Below, piece by piece: positions 45,406-54,760 of a DNA stretch of 64,000 nucleotides. The translations under genes were made by a program, and so were the position numbers. Every line of letters starts with the position of its first letter. The stretch's first letter is position 1. The notes beneath the pieces were generated by a model. That model saw only the letters and a program-made list of their open reading frames with translations. It had not been told where the DNA came from and did no database searches. The stretch is from the NCBI GenBank assembly GCA_965602015.1, contig OZ271918.1, positions 2,880,001 to 2,944,000 of the forward strand, written 5' to 3'. The DNA is from Salinispira sp. GTDB lineage: Bacteria; Spirochaetota; Spirochaetia; DSM-27196; Salinispiraceae.

Positions 45406-46656
45406 GTGATAAAAAAGATCATTCCGGTGCTGATCATCGTCGTCCTGGTCGGCATCGTCGCCATACGCTTCATCAGCCAAAGCCTGGCGGAAGAACCCGA
45501 AGTACCGGCTACGCCGGTGCGGGTAGGTGGACCCCTGCTGGGAGATATCAGCATGAGGCTGAGCTATAACGGCAACCTGAGACCTGAGCGGACCACCATG
45601 GTTATGCCCCTGGTCAGCGGGGAGATTCTGGACATCCCAGTCGGGAGGAATCAGCTTGTCGAAAAAGGGCAGCTTTTGGCCAGCCTGGACGATGAGGTAG
45701 TCCGGCTCCAGGCGGAACAGGCCCGGGCAAACTGGGCCGCCGCCGACGCTCAGCTTCGCAAGGCCCGGCAGGGAGCCCGCCCCGAGGAACTGGAAAGCGC
45801 CCAGGCCAGCCTTTCCCAGGCCGGGACCGAGCTGGAGACCGCGCGCAGCAATCTTGAGAGGACGAGGAATCTCTTCGAAGCGGGCACCATCTCCCGAAGC
45901 GAGTACGAAAACGCCCGGAATGCCGTCAGCGCCGCGGAAACCGAGCTGGAAAACGCCCGCCGCACGGTGCGCCTGATGGAAGAAGGCGCCCGGCCGGAGG
46001 ATATCGAAATGGCCCAGGCCCAGGCCGACGCCGCCCGGCAGCAGCTGGAACTGGCCCAGCTTCAGATCGAGTACGCCAGCATCACCAGCCCGGTAGACGG
46101 CAGAATTATCGATATCTACAGCGACGAGGGAAACACCGCGGCTCCGGGTAATCCGCTGATGGCCATCGTGAGCGACGATCTGATCTATGCGAGGATTGCC
46201 ATCCCGGAAAAACACTACGGACTGTTCAGGACCCGGCAGGACGACATCAACGCCCTGATCTCACCAATCGCCTACCCGGACAACCCGCCCTTCCCGGGCT
46301 ACATCACCAGCATAGCGGAAGTTATCAACGCCGGAAGCCGGACCTTCGAGGTCGACGTCGCAGTCGATAACATCGGCTCCCTGTTGAAACCCGGAATGTT
46401 CGTCACTGTGGACTTCCTGATGAGCGAGCTCACCGACGTCGTCAAAGTTCCCAATTCGGCAATCGTCTACCGGGACGGTCAGCCGGTGGTGTTCCTCTAC
46501 AATGAGGACGGGACGGTCAGCCTCAGGAATGTGGATCCGGGGATGAGCGACGGGCTGGCCAGTGAAATTCGCTCGGGCATCTCCATTGACGATCAGATTG
46601 TGGTGGAGGGAAACTCATTTTTGGAAGACGGACAGCAGGTCCGGCCGGTGCAGTAG
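45406..46656 (+). CDS. RND efflux periplasmic adaptor (MFP)
   Basis: N-terminal TM, lipoyl halves (VSGEI…VEKGQLL; ITSPVDG), long hairpin, LKPGMF; GTG start at 45406 inferred. Confidence 0.92.
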   Translation: MIKKIIPVLIIVVLVGIVAIRFISQSLAEEPEVPATPVRVGGPLLGDISMRLSYNGNLRPERTTMVMPLVSGEILDIPVGRNQLVEKGQLLASLDDEVVRLQAEQARANWAAADAQLRKARQGARPEELESAQASLSQAGTELETARSNLERTRNLFEAGTISRSEYENARNAVSAAETELENARRTVRLMEEGARPEDIEMAQAQADAARQQLELAQLQIEYASITSPVDGRIIDIYSDEGNTAAPGNPLMAIVSDDLIYARIAIPEKHYGLFRTRQDDINALISPIAYPDNPPFPGYITSIAEVINAGSRTFEVDVAVDNIGSLLKPGMFVTVDFLMSELTDVVKVPNSAIVYRDGQPVVFLYNEDGTVSLRNVDPGMSDGLASEIRSGISIDDQIVVEGNSFLEDGQQVRPVQ

Positions 46657-46665
46657 GAGGCCTCT

Positions 46666-49600
46666 GTGAGCATACCACGCCTGGCGGTCAAGCATCCGGT
46701 AACCACCACCATGGTTTTCGCCGCCTTTTTCGTCCTGGGAATCCTGTCCCTGACCCGCATCGGTCAGGAGCTGTTTCCCGAGGTCAATCTACCCACCGCC
46801 ATCGTTTTCACCACCAGCCCCGGGGTCGGCCCCTTCGAGATTGAAAGCGGGGTAAGCCGGCCCATTGAGGGAGCCTTCGCCAGCCTCGACGGCGTTGAGA
46901 GCATCAGTTCCCAATCTTACGAAAGCATGTCCATCGTCCAGGTGGGGTTTGTCTCGTCAACCGACTTGAACAGCGTGATTCCCGAAATTCGCGAGGCCCT
47001 CAACTCCGTGAGCTCCTCATTTCCCGAGGGGACCGAGAGGCCCCTGGTATTCAAGTTTTCCAGCAACACCCTTCCTTCCCTGCGGATAAATGCCTTTACC
47101 GAGAGCAGCGGAATCAACATCAGGGATCTCATAAAATCAGAGGTGGTTCCCCAGCTCGAGCGCATCCCCGGAGTCGCCCAGGTGGACTATTTCGGCGGCC
47201 GGGAAGCGGCGGTGATGATCCGCCTGGACCTGGAGAGCCTGGTCAAGCTTCAGATACCCATTCCCCAGCTGATCCAGATTTTCCAGGGTGAGAACGTCAG
47301 CCTTCCCGGGGGCAGCATCACTGCCGACGACAGAACGATCATCATCAGGACCATCGGCGAGTACGAGACAACCGAGGACATCGGAAACACTCTGGTCGGC
47401 TACCGGGACGATGTTCCGGTGTACCTGAAGGATCTGGCGGACATCGAATTCGACTACCGGCCCCAGGAGGAATACGTCTACGTCGAGGGCTTCGAGGGGA
47501 TAAACCTCGCCATACAAAAGCAATCGGGCTTTAATACGGTGGACGTGAACCAGGGCGTGCTCGACCGCATAGAGGAGCTCAGGTCCCGGCTCCCCCCGTC
47601 AATAAAGTTCGAGGTGCAGTACGACCAGGCCCGGCAGGTCCGGGGCAGCATCGGGGGCGTGGCAAACACCGCATGGCAGGGAGGCCTCCTGGCCATCATC
47701 GTTCTGATGATCTTTCTCAGGAACATCCGTTCAACGGTAATCGTATCCATGGCCATACCGGTTTCCGTCATTGCCACCTTCAGCCTTATCGACTTCGGCG
47801 GCATGACGCTGAACATCACCAGCCTGCTGGGCATCACCCTTGCCATCGGGATGTTTGTGGACAATGCCATTGTCGTGCTTGAGGCGATCTACCGCAAACA
47901 GCTTCAGGGCCTCAACCGCCACGACGCGGCCATCGAAGGAGCCGAGGAGGTCAATACGGCGGTCATCGCCTCAACCCTGACAACCATGGCGGTCTTCGTC
48001 CCCATGCTCTTTGTGGAGGGACTGGCGGGCCATTTGTTCAGGGATTTAAGCCTCACCATCAGCTTCTCCCTGGGCATGAGCCTCATCACCGCCCTTGCTC
48101 TAATTCCCATGCTCTCCTCGCGCTTCCTCAAGGTGGAAAAACTCACCGGCCTCCACCCCGACAAGCTTCACGAACTGTCCCTTGCGGACGTCACCACCCA
48201 CACGGGAAACAAATTTCTCGACTGGCTCGGCGCCCGAATTCAGGCGGGACTTCACTGGCTCGATGAGAGCTATGAAGCGGTAATCCGGTGGAGCATACAG
48301 CATGGCTGGACCGTGGTTATTTCCGCCCTGCTGCTATTGGCCTTCTCGTTGGGCTCGATTCTTCTTTTAGGTATGGAGTTCCTGCCGGAAGCCGATGAGG
48401 GAACCTTTGAAATTTCAATCGAGACCCGCACTGGTTCGCATTACAGCCTGACCACGGAAAAGGTGCGGGCGCTGGAAGAAATTATCCGGGAGGAGGCTTC
48501 CGGCGCCATCGAAACCATGTCAACCCGGGTGGGGGACGGGGGCAGCAATTTCGCCAACGTCGATGTGGCCCTGATCGGCAAGGATGACCGCAGCGAGGAT
48601 ATCTGGACCATCACCCGCCGGATAAACCGCCGCATCAGCGCGGAGATTCTGGATATCCGGCACAACCTGACCATCACCGGTATGAGTTCCCTGGCGGGTC
48701 AGGCGAGCGGCGGCGGCAGCCCCCTGGTGGTTCGCCTCACCGGAGACGATCTGCCGGCGATGCAGGATCATGCGGACAGCGTCATTGCCCGGCTCGAGGG
48801 CATAGAGGGCACCAGGAACTTCCGATCGAGTTTTTCCAGCGGAAGGCCCGAACTGCAGTTCCGCATAAAACGGGAGCAGACTGTCAGCCTCGGCCTCAGC
48901 CCCCTGGAAGTGGCGGCCACCATCCGGGCGGCATACAACGGGTATACCGTCAGCCGCTTCGCCCGGGCGGGAGAGGATTACGATGTGGTTCTCATTCTCA
49001 ACGACGCCGATCGGAACAATCTCGATAAAATCACCAACCTGGTTTTTATCAATCCGGCGGGCTCGGCCATTCCCATGGAGAATGTAATCGACATTGTGGA
49101 GGAACAGGGGCCTGTGGGCATCATCCGCCAGGACCGCAGCAGGGTGGTCGACATCCGGGGGAATACCGACGGAAGCCGTCCGCTCAGCCGGGTGGTGGAC
49201 GACATGGAGCTCCTTCTGGAGGCCGCCGGACCGCCCCCGGTGGGCATCGACCGGGAAATCGGCGGTTCTGCCTCGGAGATGAACGAGTCATTCTCGAGCC
49301 TTCTTTTCGCCCTGGCCCTGGCGGTCAGTCTGGTGTACATGGTTATGGCCAGTCAGTTCGAAGACTTCCTCAATCCCCTGATTGTCATGTTCTCAGTGCC
49401 GTTTTCTATTTTCGGTCTGGTGGCGGCCCTTCTGATCACCAATACCACCTTTAACATATTGAGCTTCACCGGAGCCATTCTGCTCACGGGCATCGTGGTA
49501 AACAATGCCATAGTGCTCATCGATTATATAGATCAGTTGCGCCACAAGGGGCTCGATTTGGCCTCGGCGATCATCCGCGGCGGAACCACCAGGCTTAAAC

Positions 49601-49830
49601 CCATACTCATGACAACCGCCACTACCCTCCTCGGCCTCATTCCTATGGCAATGGGTTACGGAACCGGGTCCGAGCTTCGGGCGCCTATGGCGAAGGCGGT
49701 GGTGGGCGGTCTGACCACATCGACCCTAATTACCCTCATACTCATTCCGACGGTATACTGGCTCATCGAGTCCTACCGGCTTCGGAGAAAGGAAAAAATG
49801 CATGAAGAACACAGTGGTATCAACGAGTAA
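46666..49830 (+). CDS. RND efflux permease (AcrB/AcrD/AcrF family)
   Basis: AIPVS, GMFVDNAIVVLE, ASTLTT, GIVVNNAIVL, RLKPILMT. Confidence 0.95.
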   Translation: MSIPRLAVKHPVTTTMVFAAFFVLGILSLTRIGQELFPEVNLPTAIVFTTSPGVGPFEIESGVSRPIEGAFASLDGVESISSQSYESMSIVQVGFVSSTDLNSVIPEIREALNSVSSSFPEGTERPLVFKFSSNTLPSLRINAFTESSGINIRDLIKSEVVPQLERIPGVAQVDYFGGREAAVMIRLDLESLVKLQIPIPQLIQIFQGENVSLPGGSITADDRTIIIRTIGEYETTEDIGNTLVGYRDDVPVYLKDLADIEFDYRPQEEYVYVEGFEGINLAIQKQSGFNTVDVNQGVLDRIEELRSRLPPSIKFEVQYDQARQVRGSIGGVANTAWQGGLLAIIVLMIFLRNIRSTVIVSMAIPVSVIATFSLIDFGGMTLNITSLLGITLAIGMFVDNAIVVLEAIYRKQLQGLNRHDAAIEGAEEVNTAVIASTLTTMAVFVPMLFVEGLAGHLFRDLSLTISFSLGMSLITALALIPMLSSRFLKVEKLTGLHPDKLHELSLADVTTHTGNKFLDWLGARIQAGLHWLDESYEAVIRWSIQHGWTVVISALLLLAFSLGSILLLGMEFLPEADEGTFEISIETRTGSHYSLTTEKVRALEEIIREEASGAIETMSTRVGDGGSNFANVDVALIGKDDRSEDIWTITRRINRRISAEILDIRHNLTITGMSSLAGQASGGGSPLVVRLTGDDLPAMQDHADSVIARLEGIEGTRNFRSSFSSGRPELQFRIKREQTVSLGLSPLEVAATIRAAYNGYTVSRFARAGEDYDVVLILNDADRNNLDKITNLVFINPAGSAIPMENVIDIVEEQGPVGIIRQDRSRVVDIRGNTDGSRPLSRVVDDMELLLEAAGPPPVGIDREIGGSASEMNESFSSLLFALALAVSLVYMVMASQFEDFLNPLIVMFSVPFSIFGLVAALLITNTTFNILSFTGAILLTGIVVNNAIVLIDYIDQLRHKGLDLASAIIRGGTTRLKPILMTTATTLLGLIPMAMGYGTGSELRAPMAKAVVGGLTTSTLITLILIPTVYWLIESYRLRRKEKMHEEHSGINE

Positions 49831-50977
49831 ATCCCCGCTGCTCCCCGCCGAGCGCCCTCTACCGGTCAGCGGTTTTCCCTGGAACCTAGTGCCCATGGGC
49901 CGATGGCTCCTGGCGCTGGCGGCAACCCTGGCATTCCTCAGCGCCTGCGGCAACTTTTACCGTGCGGAGGTACAGGGCTACCTGAGGGACTCGGAAAACG
50001 ACGGGGGGATCAACGGCGCCACGGTGTATTTCTATCAGAACGCACCGGATTCCGCCGGCGAGGACGGCTGGTTCGCAAAAACCTCCACGGCGGATTTCAA
50101 CGGCAACCCGGGCTATTACACGAGCCGGGTGTACTGGCAGAGCTTCATCAGCGAGTTCGGCCCCGAAGGGGACAGCGGCGAACTTCACCTGGGAATCACC
50201 CATCCGGATTACGCCGATGAAATCCTGTTGATAACCGGTGTATTTTCCGACAGCACCAACAACCTGGAAGACATTCTGCTGACGAGAACGACCTTTCGAT
50301 CGCCCTCGGTATCCGGAAGGGTGGTAAACGCCGCCGGCGAGGGGGTAAACGGAGTGCGCCTGGTGCTGGACCTCTCCTCAACCCCTGACGATGGCGAGGA
50401 TTACGTGGCATTCACCGGCACCGTCGACGGCGAACCGGGGCGCTTTGAGTTCGACGATGTGACCTGGAGCGACGAAAACGCAAGCGACAGCAGCAGTGAA
50501 TCCGTAACTATCAGCGTAGACGATAACGAATGGGAATCCGCCCAGACCCGAACCCTGACACTGAGTTCAGATGAGGAAAGCGACGTGAGTCCCGACATCC
50601 CCGTTGCACGGATTCCCCGCACCAATTTCCAACTGACGGTCCGGGGTGTCATTGAAGACCGCACCGCCGAAGGAAGTATAATCCCCTTTGAGGGGATATT
50701 CGTACAGCTCGAATATGTTGATCCCGACGGCACCCAGACGGTAACGGATTTCAGCGGGGCGAACGGCGCCTATGAGTTCGTCATCCAGTGGGATGAGGCC
50801 GCTGCGGTGGACGAATCGTCAATAACCATCAATCGAATCGATTTCGATATGAACAGCGACGGCACCCTGGCCGGAGGGGCTCCTGACGGCGCCTTCGACT
50901 GGAGCGGATCCGGCGGACGGGAGGTCAGCTCCTTAAGCGGCTTGCATAATCTGCCCCGCTTCGATCCGAATCCCTGA
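49802..50977 (+). CDS. hypothetical acidic lipoprotein with carboxypeptidase-regulatory-like beta domains
   Basis: Lipobox FLSAC; three 'V.G.(L/V/I).D/N…G..V' prealbumin-like units; start uncertain. Confidence 0.65.
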   Translation: MKNTVVSTSKSPLLPAERPLPVSGFPWNLVPMGRWLLALAATLAFLSACGNFYRAEVQGYLRDSENDGGINGATVYFYQNAPDSAGEDGWFAKTSTADFNGNPGYYTSRVYWQSFISEFGPEGDSGELHLGITHPDYADEILLITGVFSDSTNNLEDILLTRTTFRSPSVSGRVVNAAGEGVNGVRLVLDLSSTPDDGEDYVAFTGTVDGEPGRFEFDDVTWSDENASDSSSESVTISVDDNEWESAQTRTLTLSSDEESDVSPDIPVARIPRTNFQLTVRGVIEDRTAEGSIIPFEGIFVQLEYVDPDGTQTVTDFSGANGAYEFVIQWDEAAAVDESSITINRIDFDMNSDGTLAGGAPDGAFDWSGSGGREVSSLSGLHNLPRFDPNP

Positions 50978-50981
50978 CGTT

Positions 50982-52430
50982 ATGGCATATACGCGAAGAC
51001 CCGTCGCCGCCGCCCTCGCAGCGCTTGTCGTTCTCAGGGCGCTGCCGGTTTCTGCCCAGAGCCTTGGGGAGATCATTGAGGCGGCCTTGAGTGAAAACCT
51101 CCGGATAGCATCGGCCGATCTGGCTGTGCGGTCAGCCGAATTGGAAGCAGACAATGCCCAATCCGCCCGGCTTCCGGAGATTCGGTTTCAGGGAAGCGCC
51201 AGCTATCTGACCAATCCGCCGGAGGGAATCCGGCTTGAGGAAGGAAGCTTCGGCAGCACCGCCGCCCCCGGCAGCCTGTTTCCGACGCCCATTCCCGATG
51301 AGCCGGTGGTGCTGGTCCCGGACCCCGAACCGACGTTTTTCCAGCTCAAGGCAACGGTGAGCCAGCCGGTTTTTACCTGGGGAAAGCTGGAAAACGCCAG
51401 CCACATTGCCGAGCTCCAGCGCGCCCAAAGCCGTGTGGAGGCCAATGCCGCCCGGAGTGAGGTTGTGCGCGATATCCGCTCAGCCTGGGCGGCGCTGCGG
51501 ATGCTCGAAGGAAGCCTTGAGCTCATCGACCGAATGGCCCAAATATACGGGGAAATAGTCAATGACAAGGACGTTAATTTCGAGCAAGGCCTGATTAATT
51601 TCCAGGAAGTTCTGGAAGCCCGTTACCGGCTTGCGGGAATTGAGAGCAGACGGACTGAAATCCGCGAGTCCCGGGCAAGCGCCATTAACGCCCTCGAAGC
51701 TGCTTCCGGCCTCGGCCTCGATAATTTGGAGCCCCGATTCACGCCTCTTGACCTGGAAGAAATGGAGGGGGCGTATGACGAAACCGGTCAGATTTCCATG
51801 CCGGCGGCCGGAGAGTACGCCATCAGCAGCAGCGATGAAGGGGAACTATTCAGCCTCCTTGAGACGGAAAATGGAGAGATCCTCAGCCTCGAACTGTCCG
51901 CCAGGATGGCCTCCCTCAATGAAAAAATCAGCGAGGCATCGAGGCTCCTTCGGCCCGACGTCGGGCTGAACATTGAGATCGAAACCTCCGGCCAGCGCAT
52001 CCCGTTCAGTCCGAACTGGCGGGAAACCTGGGACAGCTCGGCCACCATTTCGCTGGGGGTCAGCGGCGGATTGTGGGACTGGGGACAGTCGGAAAATGAC
52101 GCCCTGTCCGCATCCATACAAAGCCGCCGGGCCGAAAACGGTCTGGCCCTGCTGCGTCAGGGGCAGCAGCTCAGCCTGCGGAACCTGGTGCAGCGCCATA
52201 ACCTTGCAGTGGCGCGCTACGCAGAGAATCTGGCAAACCGGCGGTATCTGGACGAGCAGTTCAAAAACGCCAGAGTCAGTTTTGACAACGATCTACTCAC
52301 CCGTGAAGAGCTTCTGGGCAGCGAACTGCTGTCAATCGGCGCCCGCCTCGAAGGGTTGGCGCAGCTCCTGGAGTATGAAACCGTCCGGGCTGAAATCGAT
52401 TTTCTCACCGGGGCAGATTTTGACGGATAG
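50982..52430 (+). CDS. TolC family outer membrane protein
   Basis: Signal peptide; two OEP repeats (RLPEI…SQPVFTWG; RPDV…LWDWG); in the RND operon. Confidence 0.88.
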   Translation: MAYTRRPVAAALAALVVLRALPVSAQSLGEIIEAALSENLRIASADLAVRSAELEADNAQSARLPEIRFQGSASYLTNPPEGIRLEEGSFGSTAAPGSLFPTPIPDEPVVLVPDPEPTFFQLKATVSQPVFTWGKLENASHIAELQRAQSRVEANAARSEVVRDIRSAWAALRMLEGSLELIDRMAQIYGEIVNDKDVNFEQGLINFQEVLEARYRLAGIESRRTEIRESRASAINALEAASGLGLDNLEPRFTPLDLEEMEGAYDETGQISMPAAGEYAISSSDEGELFSLLETENGEILSLELSARMASLNEKISEASRLLRPDVGLNIEIETSGQRIPFSPNWRETWDSSATISLGVSGGLWDWGQSENDALSASIQSRRAENGLALLRQGQQLSLRNLVQRHNLAVARYAENLANRRYLDEQFKNARVSFDNDLLTREELLGSELLSIGARLEGLAQLLEYETVRAEIDFLTGADFDG

Positions 52431-52437
52431 CCGCAGG

Positions 52438-52650
52438 TCATCGGGAGGCGCCTTCCGCCCGGTAGATAAACACCTTCTCAATCGGCAGTGAAAAAACCGC
52501 CGCTACCTTGAACCCCATCTCAAGGGAAGGTATGTAGCGGTTTTTTTCAAGCGATATAATAGTCTGCCGGGTTACTTCCAGGGCTGAAGCCAGCTCCGCC
52601 TGGGTCATCCCGGACTCAAGGCGGAGCTCCTGTACACGGTTTTCTATCAT
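52438..52650 (-). CDS. XRE/Cro-family HTH regulator
   Basis: MTQAELASALEVTRQTIISLEKNRYIPSL. Confidence 0.93.
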   Translation of the reverse strand: MIENRVQELRLESGMTQAELASALEVTRQTIISLEKNRYIPSLEMGFKVAAVFSLPIEKVFIYRAEGASR

Positions 52651-53045
52651 CCTTCGGACCGAAGAATATAAAGATATGCGCCTGAGAAAATCAGGATGCT
52701 AATAAAAACCGCAATCCAGATGCCCATGGAGATGTATCGAAGGGCTGAAGGGTCGGGAAAAACAAACATGCCGACTATCCCAAGTGTAAGTAGGAACGGG
52801 AAGGCAATCCGCCCGGTAATCCAGAGCGCATTTTTATTATTTCGGGCGACCCGCTCATCGCTTATCGGCTCCTTCAGCCTGATTTTCAACCGGCCGGAAA
52901 AAAGGAAAACAAGGCCTGAGCCCAACGCCGCAAGAGCGATCATCCAGTTTCCGATTTCCGGACGAAGCTGCCCCACAATCATGAGGACGACAACCGTCAC
53001 CGCCATGGCTGCGAGAGTTACTCCGATAAATCTGTTTCTGTACAT
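52647..53045 (-). CDS. DUF2178-like membrane protein
   Basis: Four TM segments with a central DER motif; ATGA-coupled to the XRE gene. Confidence 0.7.
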   Translation of the reverse strand: MYRNRFIGVTLAAMAVTVVVLMIVGQLRPEIGNWMIALAALGSGLVFLFSGRLKIRLKEPISDERVARNNKNALWITGRIAFPFLLTLGIVGMFVFPDPSALRYISMGIWIAVFISILIFSGAYLYILRSEG

Positions 53046-53054
53046 TTCGCCTCC

Positions 53055-53099
53055 AATGTAAAATCTCTTTTACATTTTTAGTGTAAAACATGTTTTACA
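53055..53099. promoter_or_regulatory. tandem palindromic operators TGTAAAA-N4-TTTTACA
   Basis: AATGTAAAA-TCTC-TTTTACATT (53055-53076) and TGTAAAA-CATG-TTTTACA (53082-53099). Confidence 0.8.
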
Positions 53100-53165
53100 T
53101 TGTTGCAAGATTTTTCGTGGAAGGATCGGCAAAAACCATTTATTCTTAGTAGCTGAGGAGATCAA

Positions 53166-54152
53166 ATGAAACGGCCGGTACAAATCCTGTCTGTCATGAT
53201 TCTATTACTAATAAGCGCATCGATTCACGCGCAGGTTATAAAAATCGCATCGATGGCCCCGGAAGCATCGCCGTGGGGCGTGGCACTGAACCGCATGGCG
53301 GCGGACTGGTCGAGAGTTACCAACGGGCGGGTCCGGGTACAAATTTATCACGGGGCAATCGCCGGCAGCGACGAAGACACGATCCGCAAAATGCGCCTCG
53401 GGCAGATCCACGGAACGGTTATCACCAGCGCGGGATTAGCCCTGCTTATGCCCGAGTTTATTTCCTTTTCCATTCCCGGGGTCATCCGCAACGAAGACGA
53501 GCTGGATTTTGTGCTGTCAGAAATGGAGCCCTTCCTCGATGAAAAAGTACAAGAAGCCGGGTACCAGGTTCTGACCTGGGGCAAACTCGGTTGGCTGCAG
53601 TTTTTCAGTAATGCGGATATCCGCACACCCGACGACCTGCCGGGCAGAAAAGTGGCAACCGGAACACTTCCCGAGGAAGTGACGTTTATATTCCGGGAAT
53701 TTGGCATGACCCCCGTCGCGGTTTCAACCCGGGATACCCTGGGCTCGTTGAACAGCGGCGTAATCGATACCGTCGTGTATCCTCCGCTGGGTGTGGCGGG
53801 TTACCAATGGTTCGGCATCAGCAATCACATGCTGGAGTACCAGATTTCCCCGATTATCGGCTGCGTACTCATCGATTCCCGGGCCTGGAACCGCATCCCC
53901 CGGCGCTATCACCAGGAATTGCTGGCCATATCCCGGGAAGTGGGAGTTGAAATGAACCGTGAGCTCTACGAGCTTGAGCAGGAGGCCCTGTCCCTCATGC
54001 AGGAATACGGCCTGGATGTGCACCAGGTTTCCGCCCCGGACCGCCTGCTCTGGCAGGAAACCTTCGACGCTCAAACTGACAAGTTTTCCCGGGACACGCT
54101 GCAATCCGACATAATGCGCAATCTCGTCGAACTACTTGAAGAATACCGATGA
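53166..54152 (+). CDS. dctP: TRAP/TPAT substrate-binding protein DctP
   Basis: IKIASMAPEASPW, GRV.VQIY.G, RKMRLGQIHG, IRTPDDL.G.K. Confidence 0.85.
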   Translation: MKRPVQILSVMILLLISASIHAQVIKIASMAPEASPWGVALNRMAADWSRVTNGRVRVQIYHGAIAGSDEDTIRKMRLGQIHGTVITSAGLALLMPEFISFSIPGVIRNEDELDFVLSEMEPFLDEKVQEAGYQVLTWGKLGWLQFFSNADIRTPDDLPGRKVATGTLPEEVTFIFREFGMTPVAVSTRDTLGSLNSGVIDTVVYPPLGVAGYQWFGISNHMLEYQISPIIGCVLIDSRAWNRIPRRYHQELLAISREVGVEMNRELYELEQEALSLMQEYGLDVHQVSAPDRLLWQETFDAQTDKFSRDTLQSDIMRNLVELLEEYR

Positions 54153-54745
54153 ACCGGTCTTCCCTCCCGCGCCGGCTCCCCGTGCTCATTGCTGTGCTCC
54201 TCGCGAGCTCTCCTATAGCGGGAATCGATTTTGACGCCATGCTGGGAGGGGCGGAGTACGAAATTATATATGAGGCACTCGTACCCCGCGAACATGAGGA
54301 CGGCAGGTACTTTACCGGGGGCATGGGGGTGAGAAGCGTGCCCGGGTCAGTTCTGCGGGCCCCGGTGTCGAGCCGTATCGTAATGGCTGCCTCGGATAAT
54401 GTTATCCCTCCGGAAATTCTCACCAGCGGCCCGATTTTTACATCAGACCGGGTGACTACCTTGGTGGTGCTTCAGATCGACGAACAACGGGCCCTTGCAT
54501 TCTACAATATCGATATCCGGCATATAGAGACCGGACATACAATCCGGGACGGAGAACCCCTCGGTGAAATCCTGTATTCCGATCCTCCAGGCTATCCGTT
54601 CTTTCAAATCGGCGCGTTTGAACTGGAAAACCACCGGGGAGACATGGAGCAAGATGCCCTCAGCTGGCTGTTCCTCCCGGACGGGAATACAAGCGGGGAG
54701 CTAAGCCCCGCCGTGCTCTTCAGCCCCCGGGTTCTTCTGGATTGA
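54149..54745 (+). CDS. exported protein, probable degenerate M23/LytM-like fold
   Basis: Signal peptide; GSVLRAPVSSRIV and TGHTIRDGEPLG patterns without His ligands. Confidence 0.5.
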   Translation: MNRSSLPRRLPVLIAVLLASSPIAGIDFDAMLGGAEYEIIYEALVPREHEDGRYFTGGMGVRSVPGSVLRAPVSSRIVMAASDNVIPPEILTSGPIFTSDRVTTLVVLQIDEQRALAFYNIDIRHIETGHTIRDGEPLGEILYSDPPGYPFFQIGAFELENHRGDMEQDALSWLFLPDGNTSGELSPAVLFSPRVLLD

Positions 54746-54760
54746 GGCATGCTTTTGGCA

